This document shows positions 43,773 to 53,854 of a DNA stretch of 64,000 nucleotides, piece by piece. A program made the translations under genes and the position numbers. The notes beneath the pieces are model-generated. The model saw nothing but the letters and a program-made list of their open reading frames with translations, did no database searches and was not told where the DNA came from. This DNA is from a virus. Numbering within the stretch: the first letter of the stretch is position 1; every line of letters begins with the position of its first letter. The stretch lies in IMG/VR virus record IMGVR_UViG_3300037467_001397, positions 2,549 through 66,548 of that record; one strand, written 5' to 3'.

Positions 43773-44261
43773 TTAGGCTTCGGAGACGCCCTTCGCGGCG
43801 CCAGCAATCGTGGTCGGCAGGTTCGGCTTAGCCGGGACAGGCACGCCCGCCGGCCAGCGGTAGGCGGTGATCTCGTTGCGCGGGATGCTCTCGATGGAGA
43901 CGCGATCGCCTTGATTGCCCCCGAGCAGGATCACCTCGTGGGCATTCGCGCCGATGACGAAGCCGACATGGCCGCCCCCGACACGCCGCTTCGTGGCGAC
44001 GCAGCCGAGGACCGGCGCCTTGAGGGCGACGCCCCAGTGCTCGTAGGAAAGAGCCAGGAGGCTGCCGGATGGCTTGATACCGGCGCGGTGGAGCATGGCG
44101 CCAACGAAGCCGGCGCACCACGGGACTGAATCGGCTTTGATGCCGGGGAAGCCCGCATCCGCGAAGTAGCGGACCACGCGCGGGTTGTTGGACGCGCCTG
44201 CGCCCTCATGGGTGCCCATCTCGGCGCGCGCCAAGACGAGCCACTTCGGCGAGATGGTCAT
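43773..44261 (-). CDS. Endolysin, TIGR02594/NlpC-P60-like peptidase
   Basis: W...AR.E.G.HE...NNPR, DSVPWCAGFV, GGGHVGFV, LGGNQ. Confidence 0.9.
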   Translation of the reverse strand: MTISPKWLVLARAEMGTHEGAGASNNPRVVRYFADAGFPGIKADSVPWCAGFVGAMLHRAGIKPSGSLLALSYEHWGVALKAPVLGCVATKRRVGGGHVGFVIGANAHEVILLGGNQGDRVSIESIPRNEITAYRWPAGVPVPAKPNLPTTIAGAAKGVSEA

Positions 44262-44269
44262 GGATTTCC

Positions 44270-45253
44270 CTACCAGGCGCTGAGCGCGGCGCGCCGCCAG
44301 CTATTCGGAGCGACGCAGCGGTATTCGTAGTTCTGATCCCAGGCGTGCTCGCCGGTCTCGCAGGGCGAGCTGGACGAGGCCGGGACGTGCGGGATCTGCT
44401 CGACGACGCGGCCGAGGTAGACGGCGCCATCGTCCGCGAGCCGGAAGACCGGCCCGAACGGGGTCATGATGATGACCTGACCGGCGTGGAAGCCGAGGAA
44501 GTGTCCGAAGCCGCCGTTGGCGTTGCCGTCGAGGCCGAGCCACTGCTCGGGCGCCATCAGGATCGCCGCGCCGCTGAACGAGGCGCCGGCGAGGTCGAGG
44601 CCGATGCCGAAGGAGGCGCCGACGTTGGCGGTGCTGAAAGCACGGTCGATGGTCACGCCCGGCGTCGGGGAGACGACGTATCCGTAGCCGATATGGCTGC
44701 CGGGCTGGCCGCTGCCGGCCGCATGGGCGATGACCCGCTGCCGGTTCGGGTCGGGACCGACCGCGCCGCCGACATCCAACTCCGCACCGATGCAGGCCGC
44801 CGTCGGCGGGCTCTCACCCGTGTTGTCGACGCAGTTGCCGTTCAGTCCCCACGAGGAGGATGTCGGGCTGCCGTCGTCGGTCTTGTCGCGCCACGCCGTA
44901 CCGTTGACGGCGACGTTCTGCGCGCCGGTCGAGGCGCGGGTCTGGTTGTGCAGCTCGCCAGTCAGCGTCCACTCATAGCCGGGGCTGGTGTAGCCGCTGA
45001 CGCCGAGCGCCCAGAGCGCCTTGTAGGTCTGGCCGGGATTGCCGGCCGGGACCGCAGAGGCGTCCCGGAAGGCCCAGATCGCGGGCTGCTGCGCGGCTTG
45101 CGCCGTCACCGGCTGCGTCCAGAACATCAGGGGCGCATTGCTGAGCCCCGGCGTGCCGGTGCCGGCGATGCTCGCCTGCCATGGCGGACTGTAGGTCTGC
45201 GCCTGCGCCGAAGCGCAGAGCAGCAGGCCGGCGAGGACAATCGCGACGCGCAT
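44270..45253 (-). CDS. Tail-fibre-like protein with apparent signal peptide
   Basis: MRVAIVLAGLLLCASAQA; C-terminal P.SSS.PC..GE..WD.NY.YRCVA.NSWRR.AL..W module. Confidence 0.6.
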   Translation of the reverse strand: MRVAIVLAGLLLCASAQAQTYSPPWQASIAGTGTPGLSNAPLMFWTQPVTAQAAQQPAIWAFRDASAVPAGNPGQTYKALWALGVSGYTSPGYEWTLTGELHNQTRASTGAQNVAVNGTAWRDKTDDGSPTSSSWGLNGNCVDNTGESPPTAACIGAELDVGGAVGPDPNRQRVIAHAAGSGQPGSHIGYGYVVSPTPGVTIDRAFSTANVGASFGIGLDLAGASFSGAAILMAPEQWLGLDGNANGGFGHFLGFHAGQVIIMTPFGPVFRLADDGAVYLGRVVEQIPHVPASSSSPCETGEHAWDQNYEYRCVAPNSWRRAALSAW

Positions 45254-45277
45254 GCTCGGTTCTCGTTGCTGGAGGGA

Positions 45278-46993
45278 TTAGTGGCCGAGAATGCGCCAGC
45301 CCTTGACCGCGACGCCGAGCGACGTGCCGACCGTGCGAAGCTGACCCTTGAGGGTCAAGCCAGAGGTCAGCCCGGTCAGGTCGACCTCGTTGGCTTCGAA
45401 GTGGCTGTAGCCGTCCGGCAGGGTCGCCGTCAGCGCCAGCGAGACATCGACGGAGTTGCCGCCGCCGATCGTCCCGTTGCGCGAGAGCGAGGCGATGAAG
45501 TTGGTGTTGGGCGTGATCGTGTTGGCCGTTGCCTTGGCGCGGATCCGGATCGAGCCCTTGGTCGGGATCGACTGGAGCGCGTAGCCGATCGACGGCAACG
45601 TGAGGGCTCCGGATGTCCCGTAATTGAACGCCGCTGCGGGAGGGGTGAATGCCGCCGTGTACCGCGCGATGTTCGAGAAGCGATATTCGTCAAAGTAACT
45701 TGCTAGTGCTGCGTTTCCAGCAAAGCTGTTACCGACGATAACTTGGTTGCCGCCAGCGGCTGTGAGATTGTTTGTGTCGGCGGCTGTACCGTTGAGCACG
45801 CCATTCACAAACAAGCGCGTTGTGCCAGACGCACGCGATACAGCGACATGATACCAAGTATTGGCAGCTAAAACTGTAGATCCTGTAATAATGACTGACC
45901 CATTGTTGTAGACATACACAGTTCCCGTTGACCCGCCGTAGTATGCTTGCGTGTAGTTAGAAGAGGTTCCAAACGAAAACAGAGACTGCGACGAAGCAAG
46001 CTGCGTTAGATATATCCAACCTTCGTGCGTGTAGTCGCCAGTGCCGACGTTGAAATCGGTCGAAGCCGCAGATGTAAGGGCGTCAGTCGTGTTCGTAATC
46101 GACAGCGCAGAGCCGCCGAACTTCGACTGCGTTGTAGAGATCTTTGCGGCGCCGGTAGGCGAGAATGTGTGCCCGGCCGCATCGGTAAACGTCGTGCTGT
46201 TGTTGGCCCCGTCGAAGTGCAGCAGCGCCTTGGCGTTCAGATCCGTGGCGATGTTGAGGACGGTCCCGCCCTGCACGTTCGCATTGACCGCGTTCGCTGT
46301 GTCGATGCCGGAGCTGTCGGCGAACCCGTCCGCGATGCCGTCGAGCAGGCCGAAGTAGGAACCCTTGCTGGTCGCGACTTGGATTTCCGTCATCCAGAAG
46401 TTGGTTGCGGACAGCGCGAGGTTGGCGAGCGCCTGCGCCTGCTGCCCAGCGGTGAGGGTCTGCGGCGTGATGCTGACCGCGTTGTTGGCGGTGCCGGCCG
46501 CCGCGATCTGCATCCACTTGGAGGCATCGAAGCTCGTGCTGGACGTGTGGCTCGTCGAGCAGACGTAGCAGCCGCCGTTATACGTGACGCAGGAGGCGGG
46601 CGGGGTCGCCGTGTAGACGGTCGAGGCGAGCCACGCGACGGGCGGAGACTGCCAGGGCTGCGGGCCGGTCGGGCCGCTCGATCCGGGGCTGCCCGCCGGG
46701 ATCGTCATGTTCAGGAACTGGTTGGGCGACGTGCCGCTGAGCGTGACGACGGCCTGCGTGCCGGGCGCGCTCGTCTGGATGGTGCCAACCACAAGGTTGT
46801 TGGCAGGCCCCGCCGGGCCGAGCGAGCCGGCCGAGCCGGCCGGGCCGACGAGGGAGGCGAGCCACTGCTGGACCGTCCCCGTGTAGCCATTGTCGACGGC
46901 CAGCGCGTAGGCGCTCTCGCCCGCCGGGCCGACAAGGGCAGCCAGGGCGGACTGGGCCGTCGGCCCGACGATGGTCGGTCCGGCTGTGATCAT
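45278..46993 (-). CDS. Tail fibre/receptor-binding protein with collagen-like repeats and LamG domain
   Basis: GPAG triplets; ALLHFDG..FTD..AKISTTQSKFGG; WYHVAVSR..RLFVNG; FDEYRFSNIARYT. Confidence 0.8.
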   Translation of the reverse strand: MITAGPTIVGPTAQSALAALVGPAGESAYALAVDNGYTGTVQQWLASLVGPAGSAGSLGPAGPANNLVVGTIQTSAPGTQAVVTLSGTSPNQFLNMTIPAGSPGSSGPTGPQPWQSPPVAWLASTVYTATPPASCVTYNGGCYVCSTSHTSSTSFDASKWMQIAAAGTANNAVSITPQTLTAGQQAQALANLALSATNFWMTEIQVATSKGSYFGLLDGIADGFADSSGIDTANAVNANVQGGTVLNIATDLNAKALLHFDGANNSTTFTDAAGHTFSPTGAAKISTTQSKFGGSALSITNTTDALTSAASTDFNVGTGDYTHEGWIYLTQLASSQSLFSFGTSSNYTQAYYGGSTGTVYVYNNGSVIITGSTVLAANTWYHVAVSRASGTTRLFVNGVLNGTAADTNNLTAAGGNQVIVGNSFAGNAALASYFDEYRFSNIARYTAAFTPPAAAFNYGTSGALTLPSIGYALQSIPTKGSIRIRAKATANTITPNTNFIASLSRNGTIGGGNSVDVSLALTATLPDGYSHFEANEVDLTGLTSGLTLKGQLRTVGTSLGVAVKGWRILGH

Positions 46994-47385
46994 CGCACGA
47001 TCCCCTGGTCGATAATGAGCGTGATTTCCGCGATGCGGCGCTGATAGCCATCGGCGATGGCCAAGACCTCGCCCGCGTAGGTGCCGGGCGGCATGCCGCC
47101 GATCACCGAGACTGGAATGTTGGGCACGACGATGTTGCCGCCCGCGCCGCCCCACGCGATCGTGCCGTTCTGCGCGACGCCATTGATGGCGCCGGAGACG
47201 TTCGAGGCGACGATCAGGGCGGCCGGGTCGCTCGCCGTCGTCCTGACCATGAACTGGAGCGTGATGCCGGCGCCCGAGATCGGGTTGTTTGAGCTATCGA
47301 CGTAGCCCCAGGCATCGGTCAGGGGCTCGTTCGTCCCGATCTCGATCGTGAGCGCGACGAGCGGCAGCTTGAGAATGTTCGACAT
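46990..47385 (-). CDS. Tail-fibre-associated Ig/BppU-like protein
   Basis: Beta-rich 131 aa with G.Y..EV motif, inside the fibre cluster. Confidence 0.55.
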   Translation of the reverse strand: MSNILKLPLVALTIEIGTNEPLTDAWGYVDSSNNPISGAGITLQFMVRTTASDPAALIVASNVSGAINGVAQNGTIAWGGAGGNIVVPNIPVSVIGGMPPGTYAGEVLAIADGYQRRIAEITLIIDQGIVR

Positions 47386-47428
47386 AGGCGCTCTGTTGGG
47401 GCGGGTCGGTCAAGGGCGCGGGGTCGCG

Positions 47429-48127
47429 TTAGGCGTTGATCCCCGCGATGCTGATCTCCGCCGGTGCCGCGATCGTCACGGTCAGGCCCGCGCCGTTGAG
47501 GGCGGCGACCAGGGCCGCGAGGCCGCTCGAGAATGTCTCGAGCGCGGCCTCCAGGGAGCTGACGGCGGCCTGGTAGGCGGCGGCGGCCTTGTCGGCGGTC
47601 GCGGCCGCGACGGATGCCGTCGCTTGGTGGGCGGCGGCCGAGACCGACGTCACCAGCGCAGACAGCGACGCCGACATGGCGCCGACCGAGACCGCGAGCG
47701 TGGCGAAGCCCTGGAGGTCCGCCCCGAACCCGTTGGCGGTCGCCAGGCTGGCGAACGCGGTCTTCCACGGCTCCACGGTCGGCAGCGTCGCGGCCGGGCC
47801 GACGATGGCCGCCACGTTGAGGTATGCCGTCAGGTGCGTGCTGTCCGGCACGACCTGCGCGGAGACCGCAGTGGCTGCGGCGGCGGCAGCGGCGACGAGA
47901 CGGGACGCGAGAGCCTCGATCGGCGTGGGCAGTCCGAGAGCGGTGTTGAGGTCGCTGTCCGACGGCTGGATCTTGCCGTTCAGGCGGGAACTGTCCCAGT
48001 GCGTGATGCTCAAGTGATGACCGTCTGCATCGCTTGAGATCTGGAAGGGCAGGTCCGCCATCCGGGACGCCTGAAACGTCTCGACCGGGATGCCCACGTA
48101 CTGGGCTATAAATTCGATGGGCTGCAT
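47429..48127 (-). CDS. Tail fibre assembly-type protein (XkdW-like N-terminus, helical C-terminus)
   Basis: SITHWD..QPSDSDL motif; follows the fibre gene. Confidence 0.5.
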   Translation of the reverse strand: MQPIEFIAQYVGIPVETFQASRMADLPFQISSDADGHHLSITHWDSSRLNGKIQPSDSDLNTALGLPTPIEALASRLVAAAAAAATAVSAQVVPDSTHLTAYLNVAAIVGPAATLPTVEPWKTAFASLATANGFGADLQGFATLAVSVGAMSASLSALVTSVSAAAHQATASVAAATADKAAAAYQAAVSSLEAALETFSSGLAALVAALNGAGLTVTIAAPAEISIAGINA

Positions 48128-48141
48128 GTCGGGTCTCCGGT

Positions 48142-49620
48142 CTACTTGACGACCATCATCTGCCACGTATTGGTCGACTGAAATCCGTTTGCAGCAGGTG
48201 CCGTCAGCGCATTCGGCACGTCGATATTGGAATAGCTCCAGTAGCGACCGTTCGTGTAGACCTGGATCTTGATCTGATCTCCGACCGCGAGGTCGGCAAC
48301 ATACCCATCGAACTGCGGCGTAAAGCTGCCGTAGGTGTTTGAGTCTGTCGTGTAATACTCCCCCATGGAGTACATGCACGAGAACGAGGCATCGCCTACG
48401 CGCTTGATCATGAGGAACACGGCCGCGTCCGCGAACCCGGAGGCGCTGGAGTAGATGCCGATGTTCAGGTTGGCGGTGACGAGAACGCGACGCGCCTGCG
48501 TCACGGTTAGGACGACGTTGCTCCCGTCGAACGTCGCCCAGCTTGGAGCCGTGTTGCCGGCCCAGGTCACGTCATAGAGCGTCGCACTGAAGGGCAGGCT
48601 CTGCTGGGCGGTCTTCTGGCCGCGCCAGAACTCCGTGTTGAGGCCGACCGCGACGGTGTTGCTCTGCGTCGCGCTGACCCCGCTCAAGCGGAAGTTCGTG
48701 CCGTCATAGATGAGCGTCCGGATGGTGCCACCCAGCCACTCTCCGCCCGTGAGCGCGCCCGCGGCCTCGGTCAGGACCTGGTAGGTCGTGCCGTTGACCT
48801 GAACGGTCAGCGCAGCGGTGTTGGCGCTGGCCGACTTCTTGACCCGGAGCGGCAGCCCCTTCGGCAGCGTCGCCGGCGTGTAGACCGGCAGCGTCACCGC
48901 CATCGCGTTCGCGCTGCCCGTGTCCTCGGCGTAGTTTCCGACCTGCGCCTGGATCGCCGCGCGCACCTGCGGCAGCTTCAGGTCGAGGAACGGCGCCGTC
49001 GGATAGAGGACGACGTTGGCCGAGGTGATCTGGGTCGCGCCGTTGGCGACGGTGATCAGGTAGAGGCCGACATAGCCCGGGTCGGGGCTCGGGGCGACCT
49101 GCGTGCCGGTCGTGGCTGCCGTGCCCGGCTTCAGGCCGACCACGCACTGGCCGGAGCGCAGTGTGAGGCTGGCGTTGCCGGAGTTGTTCGGGCCGTTATA
49201 CGGCACGGCCGGGTTGGAGGCGTTGTAGTATGGCAGGACGGTGAAGCTGTCCTGGTCCTGGTAGGCCGCCTGCACGAGGTAGACCTGGCTGTAGCCGGCG
49301 GTCGAGGGCGGGGTCAGCGTCAGCGGCTGGCCCGGCTCCTGGAGCAGGCCCTGCTTCATCGTGAAGTGGGTCGTATCGGTCCCGAGGTCGCCGAAGGCTG
49401 CGCTCGGATCGACCGCCGCGTAGGTCATGATCGAGCCGGGGCCGACCACGACGGAGAGCGAGGCCGGCGCGGTCGCCGACAGGGCGAGCCCGTCGACGAC
49501 AGTGCCGGTGCCGAGCGCGGCCTGAAGCGCGTAGCCGAGCCCGACGAGCTTGGCCTTCTCGCCGCCGAGTAGGGTGGCGTTCGGGATCAGCGCCCCAGTC
49601 TGTGTTACCTGACGATCCAT
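48142..49620 (-). CDS. Tail fibre protein
   Basis: MDRQ..GALIP baseplate-attachment-type N-terminus, YAEDTGSANA repeat, variable C-terminus; follows the gpI-like gene. Confidence 0.8.
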   Translation of the reverse strand: MDRQVTQTGALIPNATLLGGEKAKLVGLGYALQAALGTGTVVDGLALSATAPASLSVVVGPGSIMTYAAVDPSAAFGDLGTDTTHFTMKQGLLQEPGQPLTLTPPSTAGYSQVYLVQAAYQDQDSFTVLPYYNASNPAVPYNGPNNSGNASLTLRSGQCVVGLKPGTAATTGTQVAPSPDPGYVGLYLITVANGATQITSANVVLYPTAPFLDLKLPQVRAAIQAQVGNYAEDTGSANAMAVTLPVYTPATLPKGLPLRVKKSASANTAALTVQVNGTTYQVLTEAAGALTGGEWLGGTIRTLIYDGTNFRLSGVSATQSNTVAVGLNTEFWRGQKTAQQSLPFSATLYDVTWAGNTAPSWATFDGSNVVLTVTQARRVLVTANLNIGIYSSASGFADAAVFLMIKRVGDASFSCMYSMGEYYTTDSNTYGSFTPQFDGYVADLAVGDQIKIQVYTNGRYWSYSNIDVPNALTAPAANGFQSTNTWQMMVVK

Positions 49621-49703
49621 GAGGTCCTCACGCGCGCACGGCATCGCCGCGCGGGTCACGCACGGGGCTCAAGCGACGGGGTTGAAGGGGATTGGGCGGC
49701 TGG

Positions 49704-50351
49704 TCAGACGATCCGGGTCCAGGCGCGCACGCCGGCCGCGGTGTTGCGCACGATGGTCGCGTAGATCTCGGCGTTCGAGACGCCGCCGGAGCGGGTCGAC
49801 CCGATCGGGGTGAGCGCGCCGACGCCGACGCCGCCGCCGCCTGTCCCGATGCCGGCGACGTTCGGGACGCCGGAGTAGCCGGGCGTGTGGACGGTGACGA
49901 ACACCTGGTTCGGCAGGCTGAGCGATCCAACGGGGAAGCCGATGCCCGCCCCGAACGAGACGCCGACGGAGGCGCAGTCGCCGGTGTTCCACGGCTCGAT
50001 GAGCGTCGGCGCCGAGCCGGTCAGGTCGGTTAGCGCCTTCGCGATGCCGGCCCGGGTCACGCGGTCGCGTTGCAGCTCGGACTGGATCCGCGGCAGGTAG
50101 CTGTCGTCGGTCTCGCCCGCGCGGCGCGGCAGGTTCGCGCCGAAGAAATCCAGCGCGAACAAGTCCAGGAACGCGCCGACCGAGGTCGAGAGCCGCGCCT
50201 GGGCCGTGACGAAGCTGTAGAGGTTGTAAGCGAATGTGATCGGCGAGCCGAGGCCGGCGAGCAGCGCGTCGAGGACGGGGGTTGCGCCGGGCGGGAACCA
50301 CGAGGGCGGCAGAAGCCCCCGGATCCGCCCTGGCATATCGGGTGTGGCCAT
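49704..50351 (-). CDS. Baseplate wedge protein (P2 gpI-like)
   Basis: LLPPSWFP, ARL.TS.G.FLDLFALDFFG..LPRR.GETDDSY. Confidence 0.75.
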   Translation of the reverse strand: MATPDMPGRIRGLLPPSWFPPGATPVLDALLAGLGSPITFAYNLYSFVTAQARLSTSVGAFLDLFALDFFGANLPRRAGETDDSYLPRIQSELQRDRVTRAGIAKALTDLTGSAPTLIEPWNTGDCASVGVSFGAGIGFPVGSLSLPNQVFVTVHTPGYSGVPNVAGIGTGGGGVGVGALTPIGSTRSGGVSNAEIYATIVRNTAAGVRAWTRIV

Positions 50352-50358
50352 AGGCGCC

Positions 50359-51495
50359 TCAGCTTGTCGTCGAGATGAGGACGTTGTTGGTCTTGATCGT
50401 CTGGCCCTGCACCGGCACGAGGTCGGACGTTCCGCCATTCACGGTGATCGCCGAGACGTTGGTCACGCCGGGCGATGTGTCGTAGGCGATCTGCTCAAGC
50501 CGCGTGAACCGCAAAGGGGCGCCGAGGCCGAGGCCGTTGATGTAGTTGGTGATCGCCGCGACCACGGCAGCCTGGACGGCCGGTGCCGAGTAGGTGGCCG
50601 CGACCGTGACCGTCATCTGCACGTTGGCCTGGAGCAGGCTCGCCCCGAGGACGCCGACCCGGACGCCGAAGGCGCGGTAGCCGTCCACCGCGGCGGCGGC
50701 GGCCTGGACGGTGGCAGCCGGCGGAGCGCCCGATCCGTCATCGACGTAGATCAGGTTCATGCCCTGGTTGACCGCGCCGGTCGTGTCGGTGAACTCGTAG
50801 AAGCTGGACTGGAGATTGAGGCCGAGCGCCGAGATCGCGTAGCTCAGCGCATCGCGGGTGGCGCGGCGCAGCGAGGCGATGAACAGCGGGAAGCGGATCT
50901 TGACCGCCTGGTCGCTCTCCTGGCCGATGCCGTTCGTGAACCCCGCCGCGTTGACCACCGCGTCGATGCCGGCAACGTTCGACTTGAGCTTCGTGATCGT
51001 GCCGGCGCTGACGTTGCCACCGGTGCCGGCCGTGAGGGCCTGGACCTTGACGGGCACGGTGAGCGCGCCCGCCAGGAGCCGGTAGCCGTTGCTCGCGGCG
51101 CTGTAGGCCGCGTTGGTCGTGTCGGCGACGACCTGGAAGACCTGCGTGCCGTCGGTGGTGGCGACCTGCGTCCCGACCGGGATCGTGATCGTGCCGATCG
51201 CGCTGTAGCGGGTGAAGTTGACGAGCCCGGTCGCGGCGGCCGCAGCGAGCCGCGTCATCCCGAACGCCGAGACGAAACTGTCGACCCAGACGCCCTGGCT
51301 CGAGGTGAGCCGGGTGACGGAGAGCGCGAACAGGTACAGCTTCTGCAACCACGCCCCGAGACCGGCCGAAGCCTCAGCCAGCGCGAGGAAGACGGAGCCT
51401 TTGGTGAAGTCGAGCGTGGTCTGGCTGGCAGCCTGCGCGGCAGCGGAAAAGTCCGAGACCAGGGTCGCGAGCTTCTTGGTCTTCGGGGCTGCCAT
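50359..51495 (-). CDS. Baseplate J-like protein
   Basis: ATG.V.F, IPVGTQV, V.ALTAGTGGNV, NG...ESD..K.RF. Confidence 0.9.
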   Translation of the reverse strand: MAAPKTKKLATLVSDFSAAAQAASQTTLDFTKGSVFLALAEASAGLGAWLQKLYLFALSVTRLTSSQGVWVDSFVSAFGMTRLAAAAATGLVNFTRYSAIGTITIPVGTQVATTDGTQVFQVVADTTNAAYSAASNGYRLLAGALTVPVKVQALTAGTGGNVSAGTITKLKSNVAGIDAVVNAAGFTNGIGQESDQAVKIRFPLFIASLRRATRDALSYAISALGLNLQSSFYEFTDTTGAVNQGMNLIYVDDGSGAPPAATVQAAAAAVDGYRAFGVRVGVLGASLLQANVQMTVTVAATYSAPAVQAAVVAAITNYINGLGLGAPLRFTRLEQIAYDTSPGVTNVSAITVNGGTSDLVPVQGQTIKTNNVLISTTS

Positions 51496-51499
51496 GGGG

Positions 51500-51892
51500 C
51501 TACGCGCTCACATCGAAAGAGAGGGTTCGCGGGGTCTTGGACGGCGCGTCGGTGTACGAGATCGTCATCGTCAGCGTGCCGAGCTGGTCCTGGGTCGCCG
51601 TGACCGCCGGTGGCGGCGATTGCACGACCGCCTCCTCGTTCAGCATCTGCTCGCGCGACACGCCCTCGGCGCGCGCCGCGACGCCGGGCTGACCGACGTA
51701 GCGCGGCAGGCCAGCGCCGTAGTCCGGGTGGAACAGGTACTCGCCGACCTTCTGGCCGATCGCGTCCTGGCCGTTGGTGCAGAGGCGGCGGATGATCCGC
51801 TGCTCGCCCCGCATGGCGCCCGAGGCGGTCGCGAGGTCGCCGGTCGGGGACAGCGCAAGATCGCCGCCCCAGAAATGAAACAGGTCGGCCAC
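51500..51892 (-). CDS. Baseplate wedge protein (gpW/gp25-like)
   Basis: GDL, QRIIRRL.TN, YLFHPDYGAGL. Confidence 0.85.
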   Translation of the reverse strand: MADLFHFWGGDLALSPTGDLATASGAMRGEQRIIRRLCTNGQDAIGQKVGEYLFHPDYGAGLPRYVGQPGVAARAEGVSREQMLNEEAVVQSPPPAVTATQDQLGTLTMTISYTDAPSKTPRTLSFDVSA

Positions 51893-51901
51893 GCCGCCTC
51901 C

Positions 51902-52687
51902 TTATGGGGTGGTGAGGACCGACTTGCCGCCGGCGAGCATGCTGAGCGCCGAGATCTGGCTGGACGACGAGATGTTGCCCTGCGCCGAGATCGCGCCGTC
52001 GGCCGAGACCGCGCCCTGGAAGCTGTGGCTCGAGCCCTTGTAGGTGATCGAGCCGGAGCCGGCGTCGACCGTCACCGCCTGGTCTTTGGCCTTGATCGTC
52101 ACCGCGCCGTTCTTGTCGACGGTGATCGTCGTGCCGCCCTTATGGGCGAAGCTGAAGCTGCCGTCGGGCGAGACCGTGAAGGTCTGCTTGCCCTGCGGCT
52201 GCTGGTTCTGCTGGCTCGTGCCGTCCTTGCCGGTCGTGGCGTCCTTGCCCTGCCGGTTCGGGATCGAGCCCGCGCCGAGGATGCTGACGGTGCCGTCTTG
52301 CGCGAACTTGATCGCCGAGCCGGTCTCGTGGACGAACCAGTGCTCGCCCTCTTTCATGTTCTGCGGCGGCTGGTTCTGCTCGCTGCTGTGCCGCTGGACG
52401 ATCCGCCCGGTCTCGTGATCGCCCATGTCGAACGCCACCTCGACCGGCTGCCCGACCTTCGGCAGCGAGTAGATCCCGAACCCCTTGCCGTTCGCGACCG
52501 CCTGGATCGGGATCCAGCCGCCCTCGGCGTTGTCCTGGTCGTTCGGGTCGTGCGGCTCGTAGCGCACCTTGGCCGAGTAGGTGTCCGGGTCGACGCTGGT
52601 CACGACCGCGTTGCGGTTGTGCTTGCGCCGCGCCATGACGCGCTCGACCTCAAGGCGCACGAGGCCCTTGATCTGCTCCATGTGCAT
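51902..52687 (-). CDS. Baseplate spike (gpV/Gp5 OB-fold)
   Basis: VTSVDP..AKV, GWIP, PKVGQPVEV, HETGS, beta-helix-like C-terminus. Confidence 0.85.
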   Translation of the reverse strand: MHMEQIKGLVRLEVERVMARRKHNRNAVVTSVDPDTYSAKVRYEPHDPNDQDNAEGGWIPIQAVANGKGFGIYSLPKVGQPVEVAFDMGDHETGRIVQRHSSEQNQPPQNMKEGEHWFVHETGSAIKFAQDGTVSILGAGSIPNRQGKDATTGKDGTSQQNQQPQGKQTFTVSPDGSFSFAHKGGTTITVDKNGAVTIKAKDQAVTVDAGSGSITYKGSSHSFQGAVSADGAISAQGNISSSSQISALSMLAGGKSVLTTP

Positions 52688-52696
52688 GATGGCGCC

Positions 52697-53854
52697 TCAC
52701 AGGCCCTGCGGACGGGTCGGCGGCAGCGGCACGGCCTGCGGCGCGTTCGGCCCGGCTGTCTCGGGGATGCTGGCTGGGTCCGTCCCGCCCGCTCCGGTGT
52801 CCTCGCCGCCCTCGCCGCCCTTCTTGTTCTGCGCGGAGATCCGCATCACGTAGCCGTTGAACGCACTGAACGTGTGCGTGCAGGTGTTGCAGTGATACTG
52901 CTGGTCCCAAGCGGACCCCGTTCCGGACAGCGCGATCATCATCCGCGGGTCGAAGCTGACATCGCCCGGCATGATCACCTCGATCTGCATCTCGTGGCGC
53001 TGGCGCTCGATCTGCCGCTTGGTCGCGATCTTATCGGCCTGATCGTCGGTCAGCCCGGGGATGTGCTCAATGAACTCCAGCGGTTGACCGGAGGCGCCCT
53101 GCGCGTCCTTGGTCACGACGATGTTCTTTTCTTTGCGCGTGTGCCAGCTTCTGACCGTCTGCTTGACGCCCTTGTTCAGGTGGACGTTCTGCGTGAGCTG
53201 GATCGCGATGATATTGCCGTCCGCGATGCTGTCCTCGCTCGGCGGCACGAACCGGATCGGGTAGGTCCCACCGGAACTGTCGCTGCCCGGCAGCTTGAAA
53301 TAAATCGTGTCGTCCTTGAAGTACAAGAACGCGCCCTCGCGCTCGGCGAGCCGCGCGATCGTGTTCCAGGCCGTGTCGTTGTCGACGAGGTGGGCATTGT
53401 CCTGCGTATGGACCTTGCCGGCATCGTCGCCCGTGTCGTCGACCTCAGCCTGAAGCCCGTACTTCTGAGCAAGCTCCTGAACGATCTCGCTGGATTTCTT
53501 GTTCAGGTGCTTGGCCGTGACCTTGCTGTCGATCAGCTTGGCCGAGTTGTCCCGGCCGGAGAAATGGATCTTGGCGCCCTCGCGGGCATCGGCGCGGACC
53601 TCGACCGTGTCGAGGACGCCCTTCAGCAGCGTGACGTAGCCCTCGCCCTCGTCGTTGCAGGCTTGGACGATGCACTCGACCGGCCCGACGCTCGCCCAGT
53701 AGCCGAGGTCGCGCCCCGTCGCTTGCAGCGCGGTCGAGCCCTGGAACGTGTCCGCGCGCGCGTGCCGTGAGGTGTTGACGGTCAACTCGACCAAGGGGGT
53801 CGCCTGGCCGTCGATCAGGATCTGCGCGCGGGGGCTGCGGGCCTCGGATGGCAT
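52697..53854 (-). CDS. Baseplate hub (P2 gpD/Mu gp44-like)
   Basis: GRDNSAKLID, SSEIVQELAQKYGL, W..IARLAEREG. Confidence 0.85.
   Translation of the reverse strand: MPSEARSPRAQILIDGQATPLVELTVNTSRHARADTFQGSTALQATGRDLGYWASVGPVECIVQACNDEGEGYVTLLKGVLDTVEVRADAREGAKIHFSGRDNSAKLIDSKVTAKHLNKKSSEIVQELAQKYGLQAEVDDTGDDAGKVHTQDNAHLVDNDTAWNTIARLAEREGAFLYFKDDTIYFKLPGSDSSGGTYPIRFVPPSEDSIADGNIIAIQLTQNVHLNKGVKQTVRSWHTRKEKNIVVTKDAQGASGQPLEFIEHIPGLTDDQADKIATKRQIERQRHEMQIEVIMPGDVSFDPRMMIALSGTGSAWDQQYHCNTCTHTFSAFNGYVMRISAQNKKGGEGGEDTGAGGTDPASIPETAGPNAPQAVPLPPTRPQGL

Noticed and set aside
45278-49620. Diversity-generating retroelement or invertible tail-fibre cassette
   Set aside because: No reverse transcriptase, no template/variable repeat pair and no flanking inverted repeats seen; the serine recombinase is over 30 kb away.
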